Origin: Lama glama
Taxonomy: Eukaryota
DNA: 64,000 bases
Direction: 5' to 3'
Assembly (NCBI GenBank): GCA_028534125.1
Contig: CM052817.1
Location: forward strand, 16,680,001-16,744,000
The notes beneath the pieces were generated by a model. The model was not told the origin of the DNA. It saw nothing but the letters and a program-made list of their open reading frames with translations, and did not search any database. The first letter of the stretch is position 1. Every line of letters starts with the position of its first letter. This document shows positions 26,401 to 37,343 of the stretch, in pieces. A program made the position numbers and the translations under genes.

Positions 26401-28710
26401 ATCAAGAACCTCCTTAATTCACCAATCCAAATGATCTTCCCCTTAACCCACAGAGCACTTACCACAATGCATGCCCCTGTTCTCCATCACCACTAGACTG
26501 TAAACCCCTCGGGAGCACTGTCTCACACACAAGGCTTCGCACATAGCAGCGCTCATTACGTCCCTAGTATGCTGCATGCTGACCTCCTACTTTGCTAACC
26601 ATCTGTCCCACTGAAATACCCTGGCCTATGTTTCATTCTTCTTTCATGCCAACCCACCAACCCAACACAGGGATGGATCCATTCTGACGTCACTGACCCC
26701 CTACCTGTAGGTCTGTCACTAATAAACTGCAGGTGGGCAGGCATGTCTGTGAGCCTCTTCCCACAAATGAGAATGTGAAATCAAAGCAGAAGCCCTGCAA
26801 ATGGGCCAGAACTAAGTCATTACGAGGATGCTCTATCAGCATCCTCACTCAGGTGCAGGACCACACCTCTTGAGCCACAGCATAAAGCCTTATCATTCTA
26901 GAATTCCTGTCTTCTGCCCCAACCCGGGTGGTCATGGCCCCTTTCCTCAGGAGCTCACTAACCTGTATAGCAGTTAAGATCCACACACAGAGAAGGTCCT
27001 TTCCTTGCTCAGAGAGCATGGAAGGGTTCCACGAGTGGCTTGGAACCTACATCACATAAGGTGACAGGTCGAAGAGCTCACTTTACGCTGGGGTGGTCAC
27101 GGACGACTTTTATGAGGGCTGTGGGTGTCTATTCCACCTTGAAGGGCTGGTAAAGGCTGTGGTCAGGGAAGAAGTGGAAGGCCCACCAGATGAGGTCAGG
27201 GTGGGAGAATAAGGGAGGAGCCAGAATGCAGAACAGACCGGTTCAGCTGGAACAGCCAGTTTATGAGGAGAACAATGAGACAGATGGCTAGAAAGACAAG
27301 TCAAGATCAGCTTGAGGAGGGTCTTGAATACCCAGTAACGGGGAGCTATTGAAGGCTTCTGAGTGAGAGGACCTGGTGAAGTGCTATTTTCTTCTTATTT
27401 TTCTTTTTTTTTTTTTAAGATTGCTTAATAAGCTAGTTGTAAAATGGTAGATTGGCTTAAAGAAGTCTGATATTTTGAACAAACTTAAGATGTTTGTTAC
27501 AATGAAATACCGTAAGATAAAAGAAACAGGGTCAGCTAGAAGATGTGAAATGAAAATGGAAACACTTCTAAAAAATCTGCTTAAGGTCCGTGTTTCTTGG
27601 GGACCAGGTGTCCTCTACCACTGGCACTATCTTACCTGAAGGACCAGAGAGAGATGCAGGCTCCCAGGTAAGCCAAGTCCTCTGCCAGGAGGCACCCAGA
27701 GCCTCAGTATAGTTTTATTGGTGGAAAACCAGGCAGTGGCTAAGAAATATTGCTCACTCTGGTCATTTTCATTCAGGGACTAGCCAAAGTCCTCTTCTCA
27801 TCTTCAGCCAATGTATTTTATTCAACATGAAAGTCGCTAAATGAATTTTTTTTAACAGAATAAGAGTAGAAATTGTCAATTTTAGAAGCACATATGTGAA
27901 TCTCCCTGCACAGGAGAGAACATGATCCCATTAGGTAAAAATAGCAGTTCTGCTCGCTTTCCCCCACATGCTAATTTTAATAAACTTACTCTGAAATTAG
28001 CCCGCCACTATGAAGATAGCTGCTCATCAAAAATGTTCCCGGGAAGCATGGAGTTTGCCTCGTAAGAGTTCAGATACTCCCAGGAAACTCTCAACAATGC
28101 AGAGTTCTAAATGGAACCTGTCCTCTTCTCCCCAGACGCAGTCCCCTCCCAGCCCTCAGTCATATCCAGCACCACCACTCTCTAGCCACACCTCAAGGGT
28201 CATCTTGGACTCGTTCTAGTCTATCTTCTCAATCCCATTGGCTATGAAATCCTGTACATGTCTTCCTTTGAAAATCTTTCTCATAGTCATCCCTTTTCAT
28301 GTCTCCCCACTGATGCTGCATCCCCTTAGCACCTGACTTACTCAGATGTCCAAGCATTCACATACTCCCCATTTACTGAGTACCCATGAAGGGCAAGGTA
28401 CAGTGCTAAGTGCTAAGGTCACAAGTTAATAACATACGGTTCCTACCCTCAAGGAGTCCAAGATCTTCTGGGTCCAGTGGAAGGACAGACAAGTGGTCAA
28501 GGGTTAGTTAAAAAACTACATGATAAGTGATATGACTTAGGTGCCATAGGGGTAATTGGGAATACGGATGGTGACAGAAAATACTAGATTACTGGTAGCT
28601 CATCTTCACTTGTCTTTCCCTGACTCCTGGGAGAGCTACCGAATTTGTCTGTCTGTCCCTACTGCCTGGCACGGTGCCTTGTGAATGACAGAGGCTCAGT
28701 GGTTATTGAG
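23480..28710. mobile_element. Region with several dispersed L2 fragments (approx. 23480-24060 -, 25250-26050 -, 26270-26560 +, 27100-27390 -, 28090-28710 mixed)
   Basis: L2 motifs atttgagctgagcttt, tagtgatgccattaactgagatggga, gcctttgctatctccattccctctgccttgaacacccttcc and ctagactgtaaaccc. Unique DNA is interspersed. Confidence 0.6.
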
Positions 28711-29636
28711 TTCAGTGGACACAAATGTCTTCCAGGTATTTCCATCAGCTTATACTCTAGCTAAAAAAGCATTCAGTGGTTATTACCAGCTACATGAGAA
28801 CGCACCTTTCTGTCTTGCTTTTGAAGTTACTCACCATCTGGTCTGCCTTGGCCACCCAAGCTCAGTTTCTGCTGTACCTCCACCTACTAGTTTCAGCCTC
28901 TATCCGGAGCATCTCCTCAAAGGCCAGCCACCGGCCTAGTGTTCAGGCCTGCTTCCTGTCACCATCGCCCACGCCCCCTTCAACCAAAGGGGAGGGACCC
29001 AGTTCTACTTGTCCTAAGAAGTTTTCCTCACTTCTTCAAGCCTCGCTGATTGTGTGTATATGTGTGTAAGAATTGTTCATTATTGTGCAGTTTTTTCATT
29101 TAATAATATTATTAATATGAATAATGCTTTGAAATATTAAATGATACTCTATCTACCTCGACTCAAATTCCTGTAACTCCTACCCTGTTCCTCCTCATAT
29201 ATCCCTCTTCCTTTCAAAAGCTAGACATTCTGCCTTTGTATTCCAAGGGAAAGAGAGCTCAGCGGAACACTGGTCACAAAGTGACTGGCTTTTCAGTTTT
29301 GAAAGCCTGGGCCTTAAGACATCAGGACAAAGAAGAGCCCCCCAGGAGTTCCTTCCCCCTCCACCCTCCAAAAGTCTAGAAAGATCAACAAAGTTGAGAA
29401 AAAGGCAGACTGAGTGCACGGAAGGAGAGCTTGGTTATCGGTGAGTTTCTAAGAATGAAGATTAATCACCCTGATGTGGGGTGGGGAGAGAGAAGTAAGG
29501 ACCATGGGAATGAGGTACCAGGGGCATGGCTAGTTGTTCAAGGGCAGGAGATGGGGAGCTGATGAGCTGGGGAATCAGAGAGATAAAGAGTAAAGCTCTC
29601 TATAGCAATGGCTGTCTTGAATATCCATTTCCTCCC

Positions 29637-30670
29637 TTTTAAAAAATTAGGTTTATTGAGGTATAATTTACATAAAGGAAAACTCATCCTTTTGAGGTGT
29701 ACAGATCTATGGATTTAACAAACTTATGTAGTCATGTAGCCATCGACACAGTCGAGGTGTAGACTCTGCCCATCACTCCAGAAAGGCTCCTCGTGTGCCT
29801 CTGCAGTCAGTCTGCTCACCCACTCCAGGCTATGGCCACCACTGAGCTGTTTTTCTGTCCTTTTAGTTGTGCCTTTTCAAGAGTTTCACATAAGCAGAAT
29901 CTTCTAGTCTGTGCAGGTGCCAAATATTTTTAGGACTCATCCACGTTTTTGCATCGATCTGTGGTCTGCTCTACCTTATCGCTAAGCAGGATTCCGTGAC
30001 ATGGATGTAGCAAGTTATCCACCTGCCTGTTAGTGAACACTGCTTGTTTCCCATCTTCGGCAATTATAAATAAAACTGCTATAAACATTCACATACAGGA
30101 TTTTGTGTGGACGTGTGTCTTCATTTCTCTCAGGTCAACAACTGGGAGTGGGAATGCTAGCTTGTTGGGTTAAGTGCGTATTTGACTTTATGAGAACCTG
30201 TAAAACTGTTTCCAAAAGCGGCTGTACCATTTTATATTCCCCCGGCAATATAGGAGTCTTCCAGTTGCTCTGCAGCCTAGTCAGCACTTGATTTTTCCAT
30301 TTTTGACTTGTGAGTTTGTTTTTCCATTCTAATAGACGCGTTGTGGCATCTTATTGTGGTTTTATTTTACATTATCCTAATGACCGATGATGCTGAGCTC
30401 GTGTGCTTGTCTGCCATTGGAATCTCTTCTTCAGTGCAGTGTCTATTTAACTCTTTTGCCCATTTTTAAAATTAGGCTGTTTACTCATTATTGTGTAGTG
30501 AGAGTTGTTTATATATTCTGGATATCAGATATGGGTTCCACACAAAATTTCTCCTAGTCTGGCTTGTCTTTTCATTTTCCTAACAGAGACTTTCAAAGAG
30601 CAGAAATTTTTAGTCTTGGTAAAGTCCAACTTATCCTTTTTTTCCTTTTATGGTTTGTGTTTTTCGTGTC
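29637..30670 (-). mobile_element. LINE-1 3' portion (L1MB/MC-like)
   Basis: tttattgaggtataatttacata..., ataaaactgctataaacattc, ttccaaaagcggctgtaccatttta and gagcagaaatttttagtcttg. Confidence 0.85.
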
Positions 30671-30684
30671 CTACTTTTCTAACT

Positions 30685-31152
30685 TTTTAATAGAACCCTC
30701 CCAAATTTAAGTTGGGCACATCTAGCTGAAGTGGGTATTTCCTAGCTTCCCTTGCAGCTAGGTGTGGCCATATGACCATGCTCAGACCAATGGGATGTGA
30801 GAAGGGATATGTACAGCTTTCTAGTCATCCCTAATTTAAAAAAAAAAAAAGGCCCTTGACTTGGACTTCCTCTTTCTCTCTCTCTCTTTCCCCTTCCTAT
30901 GGGCTGGGACAAAACATGGCAGGAACTCAGCTTTTATTACACACTTATACAGACGATCATCCCCTAAGAAACAGTAGAGAAACAAGATGGGAGAAACCTG
31001 GGTTCTTAACTGACTCACAGAGTGGGGCTGTCTTCCCAGCCTGAACCACTTCCACTATGGCACAAAAGAGATCTAAATGTCTACCTTATTTAAAACAATA
31101 TATTTTGGGGAGTAGGTATCTTTGTTAAGTGGCTTAGACTTTAACGAATATA
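30685..31152 (+). mobile_element. MLT1 LTR
   Basis: atttcctagcttcccttgcagctaggtgtggccatatgacc...ccaatgggatgtgag. Confidence 0.75.
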
Positions 31153-31749
31153 CCCTTCTTTCTTAGGAAGTGAAAAATAATCCTCAGTTTCCTGGACCCA
31201 GCCTGGTGAGGTGTGGTACATCTATGCAGAAAACTGCACCATAGTTTCCCAAAGTTTCCCTCAGCTCAGGAGTGACTCAGGGACAGCAGAACATGACTGA
31301 GGCCCCCCACCGTGGGCAAGGGAGCAAAGTCCCCCATGCCCAGAGCAGCAGAGGAGGAATCCATCACCTTGTTCTCCATTCACCCAAAGCAGCATGGGTG
31401 TGACAGGGGCCAGAAGAGGCCCGAGAGGGAAACAAGGACACAACAGTGACCGACAGTGACCAGTAACCAGATCCTAGACTGAAATGAGGAGGATGTGGCT
31501 GAACACAAATAGCCCAGCCCAGGTGTGTGCCCCCCATCCCATCATGCCCACCAGTGGCTGAGTACTACTTATAGCCCCTTGAACTCAAATACAAGTTCAG
31601 GCAGAAGGGTGACTCCAATCCAGGTTACGTTCCCACCACCCTTACCATGGGAGTTTATAATCATGATTCAAGTGTTATAGCAAAATAAAGAAGCTTTCAT
31701 TTCGTGAACACCTGAGTTTGAGTCCTGGGGTTCACCCTCATTGTACTAA

Positions 31750-31900
31750 CGTTTGTTGAACACTTCTGCTTGCTGGGCAAAGAGCAAAGAGCTAACAAGA
31801 ATTACTTCATCGGATCCTCACAATCATCGCACCTGTGCAGTAGGTACCACGTTATCCTGTTTACAGATGAGAAAAAGGAGGCTCAGAGAAGTCGCACGGT
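31750..31900 (-). mobile_element. MIR
   Basis: atcctcacaatc...ttttacagatgagaaaaaggaggctcagagaagt. Confidence 0.7.
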
Positions 31901-32285
31901 GTGGTGATTCTCTCAGCAACCATTCCTCTTCTTCTGGCAGATAGTACTGACAGCCCCAGCCCACTCACAGTCCACGTGGCCTGGGCCAGGCCTCCCGCAC
32001 AACTGCAGGCCTGAGGCAGTCAGATCACTACACTCCTGAGCAATTTCCTCCAGGGCAGGTGAGAGACCCAGGTGAGTTCCAATGGAGTGACTCCTGGAGT
32101 TTTACAGAATCTCCTGCATAAGACTTTCTGTCTTCCCTTCTGGTCTTGAACTTGAGAAGGTGGGAGGCTGAGACTGAAGCCAGGCAGCAAGCAACCCCCA
32201 AAATGGAGAGAAAAACATCTGTTTGTGTGCTGAATCCAGCAGTGCCCAAAGCCACCCCCATCAGGGAATTATTAGTCATGTCGGC

Positions 32286-32764
32286 TATATTCGTTTGCTA
32301 GAGGCTGTTGCAACAAATTGCAGGAACTGGGTGACTTAAAACAACAGAAATTAATTCTCTGATAGTCATGGAGGTTAGGAGTCTAAAAACCAAGGCGTTG
32401 GTAGCTCCCTAATAAGGCTTTAGGGGAAGATACTTCCTTCCCTCTTCCTAGTTCCCGGTAGCTGCCAGCAATCCATGGCTGGGCCCTTGGCTTGGGGCAA
32501 CGTAACTCCAATCTCTGCTTCTGGCATCACATGGCCTTCCTTCCTCTGTGTCTTCACGTTGTCTTCCCTTTGTGCATCTCTGCACCCAAATTTCCCTCTT
32601 CTCTTAAGGACACTGGTCATTGGATTAGAAGCCCATTCAAGTGACCTCATCTTAACCTGATTACATCTGCAAAGATCCAGTTTCCAAACTGGGTCTCAAT
32701 CACAGGTCTGGGGGTGTTTGGGACTTGAATGTATTTTGGGGAGGACACAACTCAACCCACAATA
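32286..32764 (-). mobile_element. MLT1B/C-like LTR nested in an older MLT1 (approx. 31910-32285 and 32765-32830)
   Basis: actgggtgacttaaaacaacagaaatt...gtcattggattag...gacctcatcttaac.gattacatctgcaaag...caacccacaata. Confidence 0.85.
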
Positions 32765-33807
32765 TCAGTCAATAACTTCCCTCTGAGCTGAACCTCCTTG
32801 GTTTGGGTTTGTGACCATTTGCACCAAGAAAGAAATAGAGCCAAGACTTCCCCTCCAATCTCAGTCAACAAATGAGACCCAAAGCTGCGCCCTTAACCGC
32901 AGGGTCAGACTGCAAGCTTGTTCAGCCTCTCTCCCAAGTGTCAGCCGCTCTACCTTGGGCAGAGGCCCAGGGTGAACCATCTTCTATATCTGCCTCACAG
33001 CCACTGCATACAACATGCTCAAGGAATATAGGATTGATTGCTATCTAATTAATTAACCAAAATTCAAATAGTGAAATTGAATTGGGCATGGTTTATCACA
33101 GGGCAGCAGGCTAAGAGATGACCAGGACTTTTATCTTAGAAATAAAGTTATTGACTGTCTGCACGACTGCATTTCAAGATTTCCCCCTGATTTGAAAAGA
33201 TCACCTCAGGTGGTGAAGAGGAACACACTTCCCCCTCCTCAGACGGTTAATTTCCAGAAGAGAACACCAGCCACGCTTCTTTCACATGTGTGGCCGTGTT
33301 TACTTCAGGGCCTGAGAGACGGCTGTGATTTCACCTTGTTACACTAAAACTCTGAAAACAAAACTGATCTCTATAACATCATTTCCATAAAAAATGTTTC
33401 CTGGAGGCCAGCCGAGGAAGCAAACTGATTGAAAGAGAGCACAGGGCTCTGGGCAGGAAGGGCGATGGCGTGCGGACACAAGGCGGGAGGCAGAACCCAG
33501 GACTTCTGCAGAAATAGGCATGAGCTGTCAGAAGCCCATCTGACCCAGGTCAGATGTCTGGTGATGCCTTCCCCAGCTCCTTCCGTCGGCTTCCAAAATC
33601 ACTTTCAAAGACCACTAGCCACTGACCATACTCTTCCTTGAATCCTACTTTCCTGAGCCCCAGATGATTTCTCCACACCAGACCCGGTCCACACCCAGGG
33701 AAGCCAGGTCAGCGGAACTTGAGTAGGTAGGGGAATTACTTGGGGAGCCCCGCTGGTGAGAAAAGCAGATTTGGGGGCCACACCCCTAAGCACTTTCATG
33801 CAGATAA

Positions 33808-34320
33808 GGTCATTAGTTTCCTGTGGTTGCCATAACAAATCGCTACAAACTGGGTGGCTTAAAACATAGAAATTTATCCTCTCACAGTTGTGGAGGCTAG
33901 AAGTCCAAGAGCACACTGTCGGCAGGATTGGTTCCTTCTGGAGGCTATGAGGCAGAATCTATTCCAAGCCTCACCCCGTTTCTGATGGCTGCCGGCCACC
34001 TTTGGCATCCCTTGGCTGTCGCTGCCTAACTCCAATGTCTGTCTCTGTCTTCATATGGACCTCCTCTCTGTGCATCCCCGCTTTCCCATAGCCTCCTCCC
34101 TTGTATCTCTGTGTCTCAAATCTATCTTTGCTTTCTCTTATAAGAACACAAGTCATTAGATTTAGGGCCCCTCCTAAATCCAGGATCATTTAAAGATCCT
34201 TAGCTTGATTATACATACAAAGAGCCTGTTTCCAAATAAGGTCTTATTTCCAAATAAGTTACTGGGATGTTAGGACTTAGATGTTTCCATGGGGGAAAGA
34301 ACACGATTCAATCCACTACA
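33808..34320 (-). mobile_element. MLT1C/D-like LTR nested in a MER5-like element (approx. 33730-33807 and 34321-34445)
   Basis: attagtttcctgtggttgccataacaaat...aaactgggtggcttaaaac...attcaatccactaca. Flanks carry aaaagcagatt and ccagaaatttgcattttt. Confidence 0.85.
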
Positions 34321-34559
34321 GTAGATTTGGGGAGGGACCCAGAAATTTGCATTTTTCCCCAAAATTCCAAGTGACTCACTGTATTTTTTGCTCACAAAAT
34401 GACTCTGATGTAGGTGATCTGTACATCATATTCTAGAAACACTGATCCCATCCCGTTGCTGAGGATTTAAAGAAGAATAAGACGTAGCTCCCTCCCTTGG
34501 GGAACCTGCTGCCTAGGGGAAGACACAGATGAACCGGAGATTAAAATATAAAGCGTGGC

Positions 34560-34750
34560 CTAGGGAACCGAGCCCTGGAGTCAAGGCGGACCAGGGTTCA
34601 GATTCTGCCCCCTCCAGCTGTGAGACTCTGGGCAAGTTCCTTTGCTGGTCTGAGCCAGTTTTCTCCTCTGTAAAATATGAAATAACTCCTACCTTATACC
34701 ATTATGAGAACGAGGCCATGAGAAATGCTGAACATCAGGGATGGACTCAA
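34560..34750 (+). mobile_element. MIR
   Basis: ctggagtcaag..ccagggttca..agctgtgagactctgggcaagtt..cagttttctcctctgtaaaat. Confidence 0.7.
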
Positions 34751-36535
34751 GAGATGGCCATAAGCTATTGTGAAGGCAGGAAGCATGCTGTGTTCATTTT
34801 CACATCCCCACAGCATCCTAAGCTTTAATGAATTATCTGAAGGCAAGAAGGCATTACTCTGGAGAAACGCAGCTGGGGTAGACAAGACAAATCCTAAAAG
34901 ACCCATTTCCAGAACTTGACTTATTCTAGAAGTATTTTCTGAGCAGCTGCCGTATATGGAGCTCCGTGAATGGGCACTTGGAACAAAGAGCCAAATAAAA
35001 ACTCCCAGCCTAGTGGGGAGACCATGAGGCCACAATTCCACGTGGTCAGTGCAAGGCAGAGATGTGCTCGCTCCAGGGACAGCCATGCAAGTGAGCACTG
35101 CCTTCTTTGGTTTCTCATCCTTCACATCCACCCTTTAGTATACTCTTAGTGTTTACTGTGTGACTCTCCTCCCAAACCATACCATGTGCTTCAGGGGTTC
35201 TATGATGGCAGAAAGGGCTGTCTGTCTTCTTGGCCACTACATCCCAAATACCTAGCGATGTATCTGAATCCTAATAGGCATTCAGCAAGTGTTTGTTGGA
35301 GTAGTAAACATTCTGCTATTTCAGAGCCCAGCACTGGACTTCTATGAAGAATCGCCTCCAGCTTCCTTGACTACTGGGAATGATTCTTGATGGGCCAAGA
35401 AGAAAGATCCCCGAGGATCTTTCCTTTGCCATAAAGCCTGACAGAGGAGATGGGGACAATGTACCCTAGTACTGTATAGTTATTTTGTACAGACCGAGAG
35501 TGAATACACGAAACTTGGGGAGAAGCTATGACAGTACATTCCTCTTCAGAAATACAATGCTTTGCACACAGTGAACATTAAATAGTTATCAGACTGACCT
35601 GGAGACCCAAAAAAAATGATTAAAGGAGAAAGACAGTAGGTTTCACTTCCAACACCCAACATGGGAAGGAAGAGAAAATCACTACATCCTGCACTGTGTG
35701 CAAAGGACAGTGAAAAAGAAGACCCAAGGTGGCCTTGGGGATGGGGGTGTCCGGGGGAATAGTCAGCGTGTCTGGGTAACATGGCTGAGTGCCGTCAGGA
35801 ACGGTGGGACATCAGGACGAGCAACTTAACGCGAGAGAAAGGCATCAGCACCCCCTCTCACCTGGAGAAGTCGCAGCCCCTCCCAGGCCAAAACACCCTT
35901 AAGGTGACTGAAGAGGGAACGGCGTGGGAGTCCCGAAGCGGACCCCAGGGGTATTTATGACAAAATAGTTTGGGGGTGTGGTATTCTCTGCTTTCACAAG
36001 TCGAATGACTTTTGCACCAGCGTTGTGTTGACTGAATTGAATGAGTGAATGAACAAAGCCTTTGGAGGACCCCGAACTGCTCCCGCCCCAACCTCCGCTG
36101 CAGGCGATTCCACCTGGCCCGGGTGCTGCCCCGGGACCCGGATTTCCCCCTGGCACCACCTTTCCGCTTCAGCCGCGGGCGACCAATCGCTTGGCTCCAG
36201 AACAGTGGTAACCGAGAAGGCAGGTGGGGCTTGGCTCCTACTCCCGGATCCCCGCGCTTCTCTCTCCAATCCAGGGCCAAACCCTGCCCGGAGGGAAGGC
36301 CCCTCCCCAAAGGCTGGCACCGGCTGGCGTGGAAGAAAGTGGCGCCCGCCGACCGGAAAGTGCGGGAGGAACGGCGCACCTGGCCGGGCGCGCGGGGGCA
36401 GCGAGCCAAGGCCGCGGGGTGCGCGTCCCCCGCGAGTCGCCGCCCGGGCTCGGCCTCCGGGGGAGGGGGGCGCGGGCTCGGGGCTGGCGGCTGCTCGGCC
36501 CGGCCCACCCCGCCTGGCCGGCGTCTCGGCCTCAC

Positions 36536-36583
36536 CTCGCTCACCAGCCCCTGCCAGTCGCTCTCGGTCCGGTCGCCGTTCAT
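36536..36583 (-). CDS. CCDC149: CCDC149 first coding exon (MNGDRTESDWQGLVSE, 16 codons)
   Basis: ATG at 36583-36581 in context aagGCCATGa inside the CpG island. Ends GAG|GTGAG (donor GT at 36535-36534). Joins exon 2 in phase 0. Confidence 0.88.
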
Positions 36584-36615
36584 GGCCTTCTCCTCCGGGC
36601 GCGGGGCGGCTTCAT
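36580..36615 (-). promoter_or_regulatory. Upstream ORF MKPPRARRRRP*; its TGA overlaps the main ATG (ATGA)
   Basis: Minus strand ATG AAG CCG CCC CGC GCC CGG AGG AGA AGG CCA TGA. Translation is not demonstrated. Confidence 0.6.
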
Positions 36616-36627
36616 GGACGCCGCCCT

Positions 36628-36656
36628 CCGCCGCCGCCGCCGCCGCCTCCTCCTCC
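36628..36656 (-). repeat. (CCG)6 followed by (TCC)3 trinucleotide tract in the presumed 5' UTR
   Basis: ccgccgccgccgccgccgcc tcctcctcc read directly. Confidence 0.9.
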
Positions 36657-36758
36657 TGCCGCGCCGCTGCGCTCGCAGCCACCTGGGCCCCGCGCGGCCC
36701 CGAGAGGGCCCGGCGCCTCCGAGCCGCCGCACCGCCGCCTCCTGCGGCCGCCCGCGCT

Positions 36759-36773
36759 GTTGACTCAACGTCA
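36759..36773. promoter_or_regulatory. Adjacent AP-1 (TGACTCA, 36761-36767) and CRE-like (ACGTCA, 36768-36773) motifs
   Basis: gttgactcaacgtca, the only notably AT-rich patch in the GC-rich core. Confidence 0.5.
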
Positions 36774-36849
36774 GCCTCCGCGGGAGGAAGGGGAGGAGGA
36801 GCCGCGGCCCGCCCGGGCCACAGCCACCGCCGAGCGGGCCCTGGCCCGC

Positions 36850-37065
36850 CCCGTGCAGCCTGGGACCCTGCACAGTCCCCGGACCCCGCGCAGCCCCCTG
36901 ATCCCGCGCAGCCCCCCGACCCCGCGCAGCCCCGCGACCCCGCGTGGCCCCCTGCCCCGCGCAGCCCCACGACCCCGCGCGGCTCCCTGACCCTGCACAG
37001 TCCCGGGACCCCGTGTACCCCGCCCCCTGTGCGCAGCCTGGGACCCCGCGCAGACCCTGGACCCG
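36850..37065 (+). repeat. GC-rich minisatellite, ~18-bp unit (consensus GACCCCGCGCAGCCCCCN), at least 8 clear copies plus degenerate flanking copies
   Basis: Units start at 36864, 36882, 36900, 36918, 36936, 36954, 36971 and 36989. Confidence 0.9.
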
Positions 37066-37224
37066 GCTCTGGGCCTCCTTCGGGGTCATAGTGGCAGGTA
37101 ACTTATGACGACAGGATTATCGCTCTCCCGGTGGGAGGCGGGCTTGGTGGGCACCTCTTGTGTCCCCCGCAAGAAGCAAATCCCCAAATCCAGCCATTCC
37201 CTGAACACCAACGCGGCTCCCACC

Positions 37225-37343
37225 GCTAGAATGCAAGCCCCACTCGGGCAGAGGGTTGCTTCCTCCTCTGACGAACATTGGGTACAAGGCCTGGCACATA
37301 GTAGTTGCTCTACAATTATCTGTTGAACCTATGAGTGAATGAA
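37225..37343 (+). mobile_element. L2 3' end
   Basis: ctagaatgcaagc...gcctggcacatagtag...tgttgaa..tgagtgaatgaa. Confidence 0.7.

Larger units (their letters stand above)
1..36760 (-). other. CCDC149: CCDC149 transcription unit, 5' part (intron 1 3889-36535, intron 2 1903-3726, intron 3 continues past position 1); TSS approximate
   Basis: Three in-frame exons with canonical splice sites. The TSS is inferred only from the CpG island. Confidence 0.85.
36070..37230. promoter_or_regulatory. CpG island / CCDC149 promoter
   Basis: Very high GC and dense CpG against a CpG-poor background. GC-box-like motifs. Surrounds coding exon 1. Confidence 0.92.

Noticed and set aside
35402..35423. Perfect 9-bp hairpin GAAAGATCC-ccga-GGATCTTTC
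   Set aside because: Roughly one such stem is expected by chance in 64 kb, and nothing else suggests an RNA gene.
36864..37006. Possible CRISPR-like array
   Set aside because: Head-to-tail units without unique spacers, in mammalian DNA with no cas genes. It is a minisatellite.
35858..37091. Long ORFs of 169-370 aa on both strands over the CpG island
   Set aside because: Ala/Gly/Pro/Arg low-complexity products expected from GC-rich, stop-poor DNA and the minisatellite. Only the 16 codons ending at the GTGAG donor are supported.
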